From Planctomycetota bacterium (GTDB taxonomy: Bacteria; Planctomycetota; Planctomycetia; Gemmatales; Gemmataceae), in contig JAIOPV010000276.1 in NCBI GenBank assembly GCA_021413735.1, positions 5,873-69,872 of the forward strand: a DNA stretch of 64,000 nt, in the 5' to 3' direction. Shown in pieces: positions 27,591 to 36,840 of the stretch. How positions within the stretch are numbered: the stretch's first letter is position 1; each line of letters starts with the position of its first letter. The translations under genes were made by a program, and so were the position numbers. The notes below the pieces were generated by a model that was not told the DNA's origin, searched no databases, and saw only the letters and a list, made by a program, of their open reading frames with translations.

Positions 27591-28889
27591 TTACCCCTTG
27601 CCGACGATTTCCGTTACGGGCTTTGCTCCGGGGGCGACCGTGCGAACCGGCCGGGTTCCGGCGTGCAAATCCTTCGTCGGGTCGATGCCCAGCAGCGTCA
27701 GCACGGTGGCCATGAAGTCGGGACCGCTCACGGGTCGGTCCACCACTTCCGCGGCCTTGTCGTCAGTCTTGCCGACCACCGCCCCGCCGGGTGCCCCGCC
27801 GCCGAACAGCACCGTGGACCACGCCTTGTCGTAGTGGTTCCGCGAGCCGGACTTGTCGTGCGTCTTCGGGGTGCGGCCGAACTCGCCCATCCAGACGACC
27901 AGCGTATCATCAAGAAGCCCGCGGTCCTTCAGGTCGGCGAGAAGGGCGGTCATCGCCTGATCACTGACCGGCAACAGGGTATCCCGGACCGACTCCGAAC
28001 GCTTCTGCTCGTGGGTGTCCCAGTCGCCGAGGTACACCTCGACGAACGGCACGCCGGTCTCGACGAGACGGCGGGCGAGCAAGCACCCCTGGCCGAACTC
28101 GTGTTTGCCGTACCGCTCGCGGACCTTCTCGGGCTCGCGTGACAGGTCGAACACCTGGCTCTTGCCGGACCGGACCAATTCCACCGCCCCCTGGTAGGCG
28201 GTCCGCTGCGCCTTCACCGCCGGCCACGGGGCGGTGCGCTGGAAGCCCTGCGCGAGCTTGTCGGCGAGGTCCAACTTCTCCGCGTACTCGGCCGTATCGG
28301 TTCCGGGCTGGGCGTTCTCCAGCCCCTTCGACAGGTCGCGGAGGATCAACCCGTCGTGGCGCGGGCCGAGGAACCCGGCGCCGCTGATGTGCGGGAAGTT
28401 CTGCATCGTCTTGCCGGCGACGACGAAGTTCGGCAGGCCGGTGTCCTGCGGCCGGTGGGCGGCGACGATCGACCCCAGCGACGGATAGGTCAGCCCGGCG
28501 AAGTTCGGGCGGTAGCCGGTGTGCATGTAGATCCGGCCCCGCCAGTGCTCGGCGGCCTCGTCGGTCTTCATCCCGCGGATCACGCAGGCGCGGTCCATCC
28601 ACTTCGCGAGTTTCGTGTAGCCCTCGCCGATTTGCAGTCCCGGCACGGCAGTCTGAACTGCCTTGTACGGGCCGCGGAACTCGGCCGGGGCGTCGGGCTT
28701 GGGGTCGAACGTGTCGGTCTGCGACGGCCCGCCGTCCATCCAGAGCAGGATGCACGATTTGTGCTTCTTCTTCGGCGTCTCGGCGGCGTGCGCCGCGAGC
28801 GGCCCGAGCCACCGCGAGAACGACACGGCCGACACCCCGGCGGCGGCCAGGCGCAGGGTTTCGCGGCGGGTGAGCGGACGGTCGAACAT
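27591..28889 (-). CDS. DUF1501 protein (Tat-type leader)
   Basis: MFDRPLTRRETL after an AGGAG RBS. WMDGGPSQTDTFDPKP, CLLARRLVETGV, WDTH and GEFGRTP. Confidence 0.93.
   Translation of the reverse strand: MFDRPLTRRETLRLAAAGVSAVSFSRWLGPLAAHAAETPKKKHKSCILLWMDGGPSQTDTFDPKPDAPAEFRGPYKAVQTAVPGLQIGEGYTKLAKWMDRACVIRGMKTDEAAEHWRGRIYMHTGYRPNFAGLTYPSLGSIVAAHRPQDTGLPNFVVAGKTMQNFPHISGAGFLGPRHDGLILRDLSKGLENAQPGTDTAEYAEKLDLADKLAQGFQRTAPWPAVKAQRTAYQGAVELVRSGKSQVFDLSREPEKVRERYGKHEFGQGCLLARRLVETGVPFVEVYLGDWDTHEQKRSESVRDTLLPVSDQAMTALLADLKDRGLLDDTLVVWMGEFGRTPKTHDKSGSRNHYDKAWSTVLFGGGAPGGAVVGKTDDKAAEVVDRPVSGPDFMATVLTLLGIDPTKDLHAGTRPVRTVAPGAKPVTEIVGKG
27658..27758. repeat. 101-bp direct repeat, partner of 23710-23810
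   Basis: One mismatch over 101 bp (gaagtcggga vs gaagtccgga). The two copies bracket module 5. Confidence 0.95.
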
Positions 28890-28898
28890 CGCCAACTC

Positions 28899-30821
28899 CT
28901 ACGGGATGACGGCGAATTCGGGAGAGTTCACGAGTGCCCACCAGACGGCCTGGTAGCCGTCGAGCGGGCTCTTGCGGCGACTCACGTACTCGCGGGTGAG
29001 TTTCAGTTCCTCGTCGCGCGGGTTGCGGCTTAGCACCCCAACGAAGACGCGCGTGAGGATCGCGTCCGCGTCGCCGCCCTCCTTCGCGGCGTCGGTGACG
29101 AGCCTGTTCGGCACGCTCACGGCCGGGTCGTTGAGGAGGGCCAGCACCTGGGCGATCCCCTGCGTGTAATCGCCCGGGTCGGTGTCGGCGGTCGCGGTAC
29201 CGAACAGCTTCAGAAACTCGCCGCGTGACGCGAGCGGGCCCTTCCCGCCGATGCCGCCGCCCCCCTTGGCGTCGAGCGTGTTCCCGGAGGCGACCACCAG
29301 CGACTCGAACAACGGCTCGGGGCTCACGGCCTTACCGGCGGCGTGGCTGTAGAGTAACTCGTCCCGCTCGTTGCCCGGAACGGTGGTGTGCGTCCGCTGG
29401 TACGCCCTCGTGAGGAGCACCGCCCGGAGGAGGTGCTTCAGGTCGTACCCGGAGGCGACGAACTCGCCGGCCAAGGCGTCGAGCAGTTCCGGGTGCGTCG
29501 GCGGGTTCTCCGGGTCGAGGGAATCGACCGGGTTGACCAGCCCCCGGCCGAACGCCTGCGCCCACAGCCGGTTGGCGGCGGCGCGGGCGAACATCGCGTT
29601 CTTCGGCGAGGTCACCCACTCCGCGAGTGCCGCCCGGGGCGAGCGGTCGTCGAGCTTCACCACCTCGCCGCGCGGGAACTTCGCGGGCACGACGGTTTTC
29701 GCCCGCGGGCCGGCGTCGTCGGGGATGAGCACCGCGCCGCCGTCTTTCCGCTCCAGCGGTTTCAGCCCGAACCGCGTCCTCGGCGGCCCCTTCTCGCTGT
29801 CGTAGATGCCCGTGCGGGTCTCGGTCTTGTTCTTCTCCACCTTCGCGGTCCGCGCAAAGAACGCCGCCAGACTCCAGAAGTCGTCCTGCTTCCAGTCGGC
29901 GAACGGGTGATTGTGGCACTCGGCGCACTCCAGCCGGACGCCGAGGAACCGCCGCGACACCGACATCGCCAGCTTGTTCGCCCGCGGTTGCCCGTCGTCC
30001 ATGCACTGCCGGACGAACGCGACCGGGGGCGACTCGCCCTCCGCCGTGATCATCTCGCGGACCAGTTCGTCCCACCGGCGGTTCTTGTTGAACCCGTCGG
30101 TGAGCCAGGCGTAGAACGCGGCGGTGTGGTTCGACCCCAGATCCGCGTTCGCACTGGTGGCGACCGCGACGCGGTCGCGCCAGAGGCGGGCCTGATAGGC
30201 CCCGTACTCCGGCCGGGCGAGCAGCGCGTCGATGAGCTTCTCGCGCTTGTCGGGGGCTGTGTCGCCGAGGAACGCGGCGGCCTCGGCGCGGGTGGGGATG
30301 CGGCCCACCACGTCGAGCCAGACGCGGCGCTGGAACTCGCCGTCGTCCGCGACGGGCGAGGCGGGGACCTTCGCGTCGGCGAGCCGGCGGTCGATCTCGC
30401 GGTCGATGAACTCGGCCAGTTCCTTCGCCGTCCGGGCCTTCGGCGGCACCCGCAACTCCCCCCCAAACGGGGCCGACTTCGCCCCGGCGGCGATCCACCG
30501 GCGGATCACATCCTTGTCCGCCGCGGAGACCTTGATCGGCCCCTTCGGCATCGCGCCGGCCTCGACCGCCTTCAGCAACTCACTTGCCTTCGGGTCGCCC
30601 GGGACGATCACCTTGCCGCTGTCACCGCCGGCAAGCGCCGATGCGGCCGTGCGGAGATCGAGTCCGCCCTTCTGGTGGATGCCGCCGTGGCACTGGAGGC
30701 AGTGCGAACTGAGGATCGGGAGGACGTCACGCTCGAACGTGGGGGTCGCGGCCGACTCGGCACCGGTGGCCGCCGTGGGCACGAGCAGGATCGCGAGGAT
30801 TGTGGGGAGCAGGCGTGGCAT
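28899..30821 (-). CDS. PSCyt1-DUF1549-DUF1553 cytochrome c protein
   Basis: Start MPRLLPTIL. CLQCH, ADDGEFQRRVWLDVVGRIPT, CAECHNHP, NRLWAQAFGRGLVNPVD and THPELLD. Confidence 0.93.
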   Translation of the reverse strand: MPRLLPTILAILLVPTAATGAESAATPTFERDVLPILSSHCLQCHGGIHQKGGLDLRTAASALAGGDSGKVIVPGDPKASELLKAVEAGAMPKGPIKVSAADKDVIRRWIAAGAKSAPFGGELRVPPKARTAKELAEFIDREIDRRLADAKVPASPVADDGEFQRRVWLDVVGRIPTRAEAAAFLGDTAPDKREKLIDALLARPEYGAYQARLWRDRVAVATSANADLGSNHTAAFYAWLTDGFNKNRRWDELVREMITAEGESPPVAFVRQCMDDGQPRANKLAMSVSRRFLGVRLECAECHNHPFADWKQDDFWSLAAFFARTAKVEKNKTETRTGIYDSEKGPPRTRFGLKPLERKDGGAVLIPDDAGPRAKTVVPAKFPRGEVVKLDDRSPRAALAEWVTSPKNAMFARAAANRLWAQAFGRGLVNPVDSLDPENPPTHPELLDALAGEFVASGYDLKHLLRAVLLTRAYQRTHTTVPGNERDELLYSHAAGKAVSPEPLFESLVVASGNTLDAKGGGGIGGKGPLASRGEFLKLFGTATADTDPGDYTQGIAQVLALLNDPAVSVPNRLVTDAAKEGGDADAILTRVFVGVLSRNPRDEELKLTREYVSRRKSPLDGYQAVWWALVNSPEFAVIP

Positions 30822-30843
30822 GGGGAGGGCTTCCTGCGGGCGA

Positions 30844-30904
30844 GTCCGACACCGAACCCCGTCCATTGAAGTGAGCAGACAGCGTGCAGAGAAAAAACAC
30901 ACAC
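30844..30904. repeat. Dispersed ~60-bp intergenic repeat, copy 2
   Basis: gtccgacaccgaaccccgtccattgaagtgagcagacagcgtgcagagaaaaaacacacac; partner of 8189-8247. Confidence 0.95.
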
Positions 30905-30922
30905 CCGGGCCGGCAGACCGAT

Positions 30923-32062
30923 TCACCGGTCCCGCCCGGCGAGGTGCTTCTCGAACCACGCGGCCATGCGGTCGCGCATCTCCGGCAGGTACTCGTGGGC
31001 GGTGTTCTCGTACACCACGCTGCAGAAGTGGTCCGACTGGCCGTGCAACTTGTACACCGCCCCGAGTTTTTTCTCCAGTACCTCGATTCCGGTCAGCGGC
31101 AGGCCGAAGTCGCGGTCGCCGGAGAGCATTAGAAGGGGGCGCGGCGCGATCAGCGAGTACACCGCCTCGGTGTCGAAGTGCCGGAGCAGTCCCGGCACGA
31201 AGTAGTACATGCCGTGCAGCCGGACGCCGTTGTGGGCGATCAGCTCGGCATACCGCGTGAACCCGGCGACCCCGACCCCGGCGGCGACGCGGTCATCGAC
31301 CGCCGCCAGCCACCACGTCCCGGTCCCGCCCATGCTCATGCCGGTCACGCCGATCCGCTTCGGGTCGACCTCCGGGCGGATGACGAGGTAGTCGATGAGG
31401 CACTGCTGGTCGCGGATCATCATCCCCCACAGCGACCGCCCCAGCCACAGGTTCAGCTTCACCCAGGTGCCCTCGTCGGCCCCAGGCAGTTGGCGGTCCC
31501 CAACCTTCTTGCCGGAGCGGTCGCCGCAGAAGTACGAGTCGATGGCCGCGACCGCGAACCCCTTCTTGACCAGGAGCGGGCCGACGCACTGCGGGTTCTG
31601 CTCGTCAGTGCAGATCGTCTCCTTGCTGCCGCCGTGGCCGTGCAGCCCGACCACCACCGGCAGCGATCCCTTCTGCCCCTTGGGGATCAGGAGCATCCCG
31701 GTGACGACGGAATCGACCCCGTTGTCGAACTCGAACCGCTCCAACGTGTAGCCGTCCTTGTCCTCGGTGGCCGTCACCTTGACCGCGAGATTCTTCGGTC
31801 GCGGAGGAAGCTCGCCCAAACACTTCAGCACGGTATCGCGGGTCTTCGCCCGGTCCGCCGACTGCCACCGCTTCAGGTCGTCGGGAAGTTTCCAGTCCGG
31901 CGGCTTGAGCCGCCGGAGTTCTTCCGGCACCCCGGCCCACGGCTCCCCGAGCGGCTTGCCGCTCTTCGACTTGGCGGGCGTGACCCGCTCTTGGGCCGGA
32001 GTCACCGGGGCGCCGACGACGAGTAGGCTGAGCGCCGCCAGAGTTGTGGCGAGACGAATCAT
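30923..32062 (-). CDS. Secreted alpha/beta hydrolase (dienelactone hydrolase/acetylxylan esterase-like)
   Basis: Start MIRLATTL (signal peptide). PVVVGLHGHGG, nucleophile elbow GMSMGG, APRPLLMLSGDRD and HEY. Confidence 0.88.
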   Translation of the reverse strand: MIRLATTLAALSLLVVGAPVTPAQERVTPAKSKSGKPLGEPWAGVPEELRRLKPPDWKLPDDLKRWQSADRAKTRDTVLKCLGELPPRPKNLAVKVTATEDKDGYTLERFEFDNGVDSVVTGMLLIPKGQKGSLPVVVGLHGHGGSKETICTDEQNPQCVGPLLVKKGFAVAAIDSYFCGDRSGKKVGDRQLPGADEGTWVKLNLWLGRSLWGMMIRDQQCLIDYLVIRPEVDPKRIGVTGMSMGGTGTWWLAAVDDRVAAGVGVAGFTRYAELIAHNGVRLHGMYYFVPGLLRHFDTEAVYSLIAPRPLLMLSGDRDFGLPLTGIEVLEKKLGAVYKLHGQSDHFCSVVYENTAHEYLPEMRDRMAAWFEKHLAGRDR

Positions 32063-32168
32063 CGGGTATTGGGGTTGATCGGAACGGGTGGGTCGTTGGT
32101 TTATCCTCATTTGAACACAACCCCACCGGGCCCGACCCCCAGACAGCTTGAAAAGCCCGGACCCACGC

Positions 32169-32369
32169 GCTGAGAGCCCGACACTTTTTGTAGGAGCGGG
32201 AAATCAAGGTGTTGCGGCCTGGACCGGCGGGATCCTACCGCTGTGATTTCGTGTGGTTTCGTTGAACCTCAATAATCCACAGTAGGATTATTGCTCTGCT
32301 GGGGATTCACTCGAAACCTCCAACATCACTTGATTTCTGCACCTCCCAAAAAACTGTCGGGCTCTCAGC
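32169..32369. mobile_element. MITE-like 201-bp element with terminal inverted repeats and nested internal inverted repeats
   Basis: Perfect 15-bp IR gctgagagcccgaca (32169-83) / tgtcgggctctcagc (32355-69), extending imperfectly to about 45 bp. Inner IRs: gaaatcaag/cttgatttc, ggtttcg/cgaaacc and aataatcc/ggattatt. No ORF. A third TIR core starts at 32368. Confidence 0.6.
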
Positions 32370-32416
32370 TGAGAGCCCGGGACACGGGGCATTACGCGAG
32401 AGCGGTCGTACGCCGG

Positions 32417-32446
32417 GCGTGGGGCATCGACGTCGATGCCCCACGC
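32417..32446. repeat. Perfect 30-bp palindrome
   Basis: gcgtggggcatcgacgtcgatgccccacgc equals its own reverse complement. Confidence 0.95.
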
Positions 32447-32585
32447 AACTCCCCGCGAACTGTCCTCCCAAGGATGGTTCCCGAACGCCTGATGTCTGAC
32501 GTCTGGGACTGCGGGGTTCTGTCAGTTGTCGCCCACCCACGTGTGCGCCCCCACCTGCCGCTCAACGTTCCGGACCCATCCACCA

Positions 32586-33869
32586 ATGCACACCCCTCGC
32601 GCTGTGCGGCTGACCGCCGCAGTCTGCACGTTCGCCCTGCTACTTACCGGCCGCGCGATGGCCGAGGACTGGCCACAGTTCCGTGGCCCGGCCGGCGGCG
32701 GGGTGTCCACCGAGAAAGATCTGCCGCTGACTTGGGGCGGGCCAAAGAACGAGAACGTCGTCTGGACCGCGGACCTGCTCGGCGAAGGCAGCGCCAGCCC
32801 GGTCGTCTGGAAAGACCGACTGTTCGTGGTCAACGCCTCGCGCAAGGAGGACGACAAGAAGGCGGACCGGAAGCAGCCGGAGCAGTACGTCGCCTGTTAC
32901 GACACCGCGACCGGCAAACTCCTGTGGAACGCGGTCGTCCCGCACGGCCCCTGGAAGCGGTCGCATACCGGGCGGTCCGGCGGTGGGTGGGCCAGTTGCA
33001 CCCCGGCCGCGGACGGCGAGCGAGTCTACGCGCTGTTCGGCTCGTCGGTCCTGGTGGCCCTCGACCACGACGGCAAGACTGTCTGGCACGCGGAACTGAC
33101 GCCGCACGACTACGACGTTGAGATGGCGACGAGCCCGGTCTTGTTCGAGAAGTTCGTGATCGTGTTCTGCGGCATGAAGGGCGGCTCACGGTTGGTCGCC
33201 TTCGACCGCAAGACCGGCGAAGTCGCCTGGGATAAGGAACTGAAGGACACCGGTTACGGGCACAACACGCCGCTTGTGATCCGGGTGAAGGACGAACCCC
33301 AACTGGTTCTGATGGGGGCCGGGCTGGGGACGGCCAAGAACGCGATCCAGAGCTTCGACCCGCGGACCGGGGAGCGCCTCTGGTGGTGCGCGGGTAAGGG
33401 GGAGACGGCGTCCCCGGTCGAGGCGAAGGGGCTGGTGTTCTGCGACAGCGGACGCGGTGGCGCGGCCAAGTTGCTCGATCCGGCCGGTAAGGGGGATGTC
33501 ACGACGACGCATGTGAAATGGCAGACCAGCCTCATCCAGGGGCTGAGTTCGCCGCTGGGAGTCGGCGACCACGTCTACCGCCTGTTCGACAACGGGACGT
33601 TCGCCTGTCTGGACCTGGCGACCGGCAAGGAGTTGTACAAGGAGCGGGTGTCGGGGCTGACGAGCCACTGGGCCAGCCCAGTGGCCGATGGGGCCGGCCG
33701 CATCTTCCTGGCCAGCGGCGGGACGAGCGTGGTGGTGGAGGCGGGTCCAGAGTTCAAGGTGCTGGCGACCAACAAGCTGAACGACCCCAACCACGCCTCG
33801 CCCGCCGTCGCCGGCGGCAGGCTGTACCTCCTCGGTGCGAAACGACTCTACGCCGTCGGGAAGAAGTAG
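32586..33869 (+). CDS. Secreted PQQ-like beta-propeller protein
   Basis: Start MHTPRAVRL. EDWPQFRGP, ASPVVWKDRLF, DGERVYALFGSSVLVA and HASPAVAGGRLY. Close paralog of 6790-8034. Confidence 0.92.
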   Translation: MHTPRAVRLTAAVCTFALLLTGRAMAEDWPQFRGPAGGGVSTEKDLPLTWGGPKNENVVWTADLLGEGSASPVVWKDRLFVVNASRKEDDKKADRKQPEQYVACYDTATGKLLWNAVVPHGPWKRSHTGRSGGGWASCTPAADGERVYALFGSSVLVALDHDGKTVWHAELTPHDYDVEMATSPVLFEKFVIVFCGMKGGSRLVAFDRKTGEVAWDKELKDTGYGHNTPLVIRVKDEPQLVLMGAGLGTAKNAIQSFDPRTGERLWWCAGKGETASPVEAKGLVFCDSGRGGAAKLLDPAGKGDVTTTHVKWQTSLIQGLSSPLGVGDHVYRLFDNGTFACLDLATGKELYKERVSGLTSHWASPVADGAGRIFLASGGTSVVVEAGPEFKVLATNKLNDPNHASPAVAGGRLYLLGAKRLYAVGKK

Positions 33870-33938
33870 TCGGCGAGCCCGTCGGTCACCCCCACTCCGC
33901 CGTTCCCGACCTCGGTCTGATCGTGAGAAGGAAGCGCC

Positions 33939-35207
33939 ATGCGCGGTCATCGATCCCAACTCGCCGTCTGCACGTTCGCCCTGCTACTTTATGGCCGCGC
34001 AACGGCCGACGACTGGCCGCAGTATCGCGGGCCGAACCGCGACGGCGTGTCACGCGAAACCGGTTTGCTCAAGGCGTGGCCGAAGGACGGGCCGCCGCTG
34101 CTGTGGACGTACCGGGACGCCGGGGTCGGCTTCACCCCGCCATCGGTCGTCGGTGACCGACTCTACAGTATGGGGGTCCGCGACAAGAAGGACTTCCTCT
34201 ACGCCCTCGACACGAAGACCGGCCGGCAGATGTGGGCCACGGAACTGGGTCCCGAGCGGCCCGCCGGTTGGGGCGACGGCCCGTGCGCGACGCCGACGGT
34301 CGACGGGGATCACCTCTACACCGTGACCACCTGGGGCGACCTCCACTGCGTGGAGCGGGCCACCGGCAAGAAGGTGTGGAACGTCCACCTGAAGAACGAC
34401 CTCCAGGGGAAGGTTCTTCACGATGGCCGGTACACCGAATCGCTCCTGATCGACGGCGACGTCCTTGCCTGCTGCCCCGGCGGCAAGTCGGGCACGATGG
34501 CAACCCTCGACAAAAAGACGGGAAAGGTTCTTTGGAGAAGCAAGGAACTGACCGACGACGCCGTCAGTTCGTCCACCATCCTCGTCACCGCCGACGGGGT
34601 GCGGCAATACGTGAACCTGACGGGTAAGGGCGTGGCCGGGGTCGCCGCCAAGGACGGGAAATTCCTGTGGAAGAGCGACATCCCCGCGGCGCACATCATG
34701 GTCGCCACCCCGATCCACGCAGACGGCCACGTGTTCGTGACCGCCGGGTACGGCCGCGGGTGTGGCCTCCTAAAACTGAGTGCCGACGGGGAACGCACGA
34801 AGGCCGAGGAGGTTTACCGGAACAAGGTCATGAAGAACCACCACGGCGGGGTGGTGCTGGTGGGTGGCCACCTGTACGGCCACTCGGACCCGAACGGCTG
34901 GGTGTGCATGGATTTCAAAACCGGCAAGCTGAAGTGGGAAGAAACCAGCGTGCCCGGCAAGGGCAGCCTGACCTGTGCCGACGGTCACCTGTACTGCTAC
35001 GGCGAAAGAACCGGTACACTGGTGCTGGTCGAGGCCGACCCGACGGAGTGGAAGGAGGCCGGGAGGTTCACGATCCCCGAGAAGACGAAGGTCGCGCGGA
35101 AGGAAGGGCTCATCTGGACGCCCCCAGTCGTGGCCAACGGCCGGTTGTATCTCCGCGACCAGGATCTGCTGTTCTGTTACGACATCACGGCGCCCCGAGA
35201 GCCGTGA
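33939..35207 (+). CDS. Secreted PQQ-like beta-propeller protein
   Basis: 422 aa. DDWPQYRGPNRDG, GPCATPTVDGD, LVGGHLYG and WTPPVVANGRLYLRDQDLLFCYD. Confidence 0.93.
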   Translation: MRGHRSQLAVCTFALLLYGRATADDWPQYRGPNRDGVSRETGLLKAWPKDGPPLLWTYRDAGVGFTPPSVVGDRLYSMGVRDKKDFLYALDTKTGRQMWATELGPERPAGWGDGPCATPTVDGDHLYTVTTWGDLHCVERATGKKVWNVHLKNDLQGKVLHDGRYTESLLIDGDVLACCPGGKSGTMATLDKKTGKVLWRSKELTDDAVSSSTILVTADGVRQYVNLTGKGVAGVAAKDGKFLWKSDIPAAHIMVATPIHADGHVFVTAGYGRGCGLLKLSADGERTKAEEVYRNKVMKNHHGGVVLVGGHLYGHSDPNGWVCMDFKTGKLKWEETSVPGKGSLTCADGHLYCYGERTGTLVLVEADPTEWKEAGRFTIPEKTKVARKEGLIWTPPVVANGRLYLRDQDLLFCYDITAPREP

Positions 35208-35297
35208 CGCGGCGAGACTCCGAGTCCGCTTCCGCGAAAAGTCTTGTGGTCTGTCTGATCCTGTCGCCGGGCGGGGTTCAGGCGGCTGAAGTGTTGA

Positions 35298-35365
35298 AAA
35301 TCCGCCCCAGTCAAGATTCTCCGCGGGATTTGGTGAGATTGGGCTAAATGCCGTGAGAGATCACG
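35298..35365 (+). promoter_or_regulatory. Conserved upstream element, copy A (putative promoter or structured leader)
   Basis: Shares the ordered blocks aaatccg, aagattc, gcgggattt, ttgggctaaat and agatcacg with 47347-47418. Confidence 0.55.
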
Positions 35366-35470
35366 AGCCCAGACTCGCAGCCCGTTCCGAATCCGACACC
35401 GCCAAGTAGCCCACCGCACTCTCCGCCTTGTTTCCCGCTTCCGTTTCCGCCACCCGACGTGAGACACGCT

Positions 35471-36805
35471 ATGGCCCGCTCGTCTCAGACCTGCCACTCC
35501 GCCGAACACTTCGTGGACCGCCGCGCGTTCCTGAGTGCGGGCGCCGCCTTCGTGGGCGGCGTTTCCGCACTCAACCCCCTGGCAACGCCGGCGCTCGCGA
35601 AGGACATGGCCCGCAAGCAGAAGCGGGTGCTGATGATCTTCCTGAACGGGGGCATGAGCCAGTTCGAGAGCTGGGATCCCAAACCGGGCACGGCGACCGG
35701 CGGCCCGTTCCAGTCGATCCAGTCCTCCATCCCGGGCTACCGCGTCTCGGAGTTGATGCCCAAAATGGCCGCGTGCCTCCACAAGCACACGGCCGTCATC
35801 CGCTCGCAACTCGCGTCCGGCGACCACAACGACTTCACCATCTTCGGCGGCAAGCCGCGAACCGGCCCGGTCCGCTACCCCAGCCTCGGGCCGATGCTCG
35901 CGCGGGAACTGGCCGACCCCAAGAGCCCGGTTCCTTACCATGTCATGTTCACCAACTACCTGGGGGCCAACTTCTTCGAGAACGCCGGGTTCCTCGGGAC
36001 CATCTGGGATCCGATCAACATCACCCCGGAGAGCGTACCGGCGAAGCCGCCTTTCTCGGTCGCCGGCTCGAAGCACCGCCTCGCCCCGCCCGCGAACAAG
36101 TTGCCCGACTCGCTCACCGACCAGGACCACCGCGAGCGCGAGGCGCTGCGCGCGGAGTTGGCGAAGCGGTTCGGGACCGGCCGCGAGCGGGACGGCGTGC
36201 TGCTCAGCCACGGCGGGGCGTACGGCCGTGTCCGCGGGCTGATGGAGAGTGCCAAACTGTTCGACATCGAGCAGGAGTCGAAGAGCACGCGCGACAAGTA
36301 CGGTTCGACGCCGTTCGGCGAGCAGGCGCTGGTGGCGCGGCGGCTGATCGAGGCGGGCGTCCCGTATGTCCGCGTGAACCGCGGGTGGTGGGACCACCAC
36401 GGCCAGAATTTCGAGTTCCACCAGGAGATGGTCCCCGAACTCGACCACATCCTGAGCGTACTCCTCGACGACCTGAAGGACCGCGGCCTTCTCGACGACA
36501 CGCTGGTCGTCACGTTCTCCGAGATGGGCCGTACCCCCGGCATCAACAACAACAACGGCCGGGACCACTTCGCCCGGATGAGCGTGACGCTGTCCGGCTG
36601 CGGGGTCAAGCCCGGCGTGGTCCACGGCAGCACCACGGCTGACGGCGGCAACATCGCGAAGGATCCGGTCAGCCTCCAGCAGTTCTTCGCCACCGTGATG
36701 AAGGCCGTGGGGATCGATCACCAGAAGGAAATCACCAACAGCGACGGCCGCCCGGTACCACTCACCGACTACGGCACCGAGCCGGTCGCCGCCGTCCTCG
36801 CCTGA
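35471..36805 (+). CDS. DUF1501 protein (Tat-type leader)
   Basis: DRRAFL, FLNGGMSQFESWDPKP, ALVARRLIEAGV, WWDHH, EMGRTP and GRDH. Confidence 0.92.
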   Translation: MARSSQTCHSAEHFVDRRAFLSAGAAFVGGVSALNPLATPALAKDMARKQKRVLMIFLNGGMSQFESWDPKPGTATGGPFQSIQSSIPGYRVSELMPKMAACLHKHTAVIRSQLASGDHNDFTIFGGKPRTGPVRYPSLGPMLARELADPKSPVPYHVMFTNYLGANFFENAGFLGTIWDPINITPESVPAKPPFSVAGSKHRLAPPANKLPDSLTDQDHREREALRAELAKRFGTGRERDGVLLSHGGAYGRVRGLMESAKLFDIEQESKSTRDKYGSTPFGEQALVARRLIEAGVPYVRVNRGWWDHHGQNFEFHQEMVPELDHILSVLLDDLKDRGLLDDTLVVTFSEMGRTPGINNNNGRDHFARMSVTLSGCGVKPGVVHGSTTADGGNIAKDPVSLQQFFATVMKAVGIDHQKEITNSDGRPVPLTDYGTEPVAAVLA

Positions 36806-36840
36806 CCGCCCCCGCACCCCGTTGCCGAGAAACCGTCTCC

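Noticed and set aside
8189-30904. 60-bp repeats as a CRISPR array or integron attC sites
   Set aside because: There are only two copies 22 kb apart with no regular spacers and no cas genes. They lack the RYYYAAC...GTTRRRY boundaries, and no intI gene is present.
32169-32369. Assigning the central element to a named IS family or calling it a tRNA/ncRNA
   Set aside because: No transposase is in the window, I cannot match the TIR to a family with confidence, and there is no cloverleaf or known Rfam signature.
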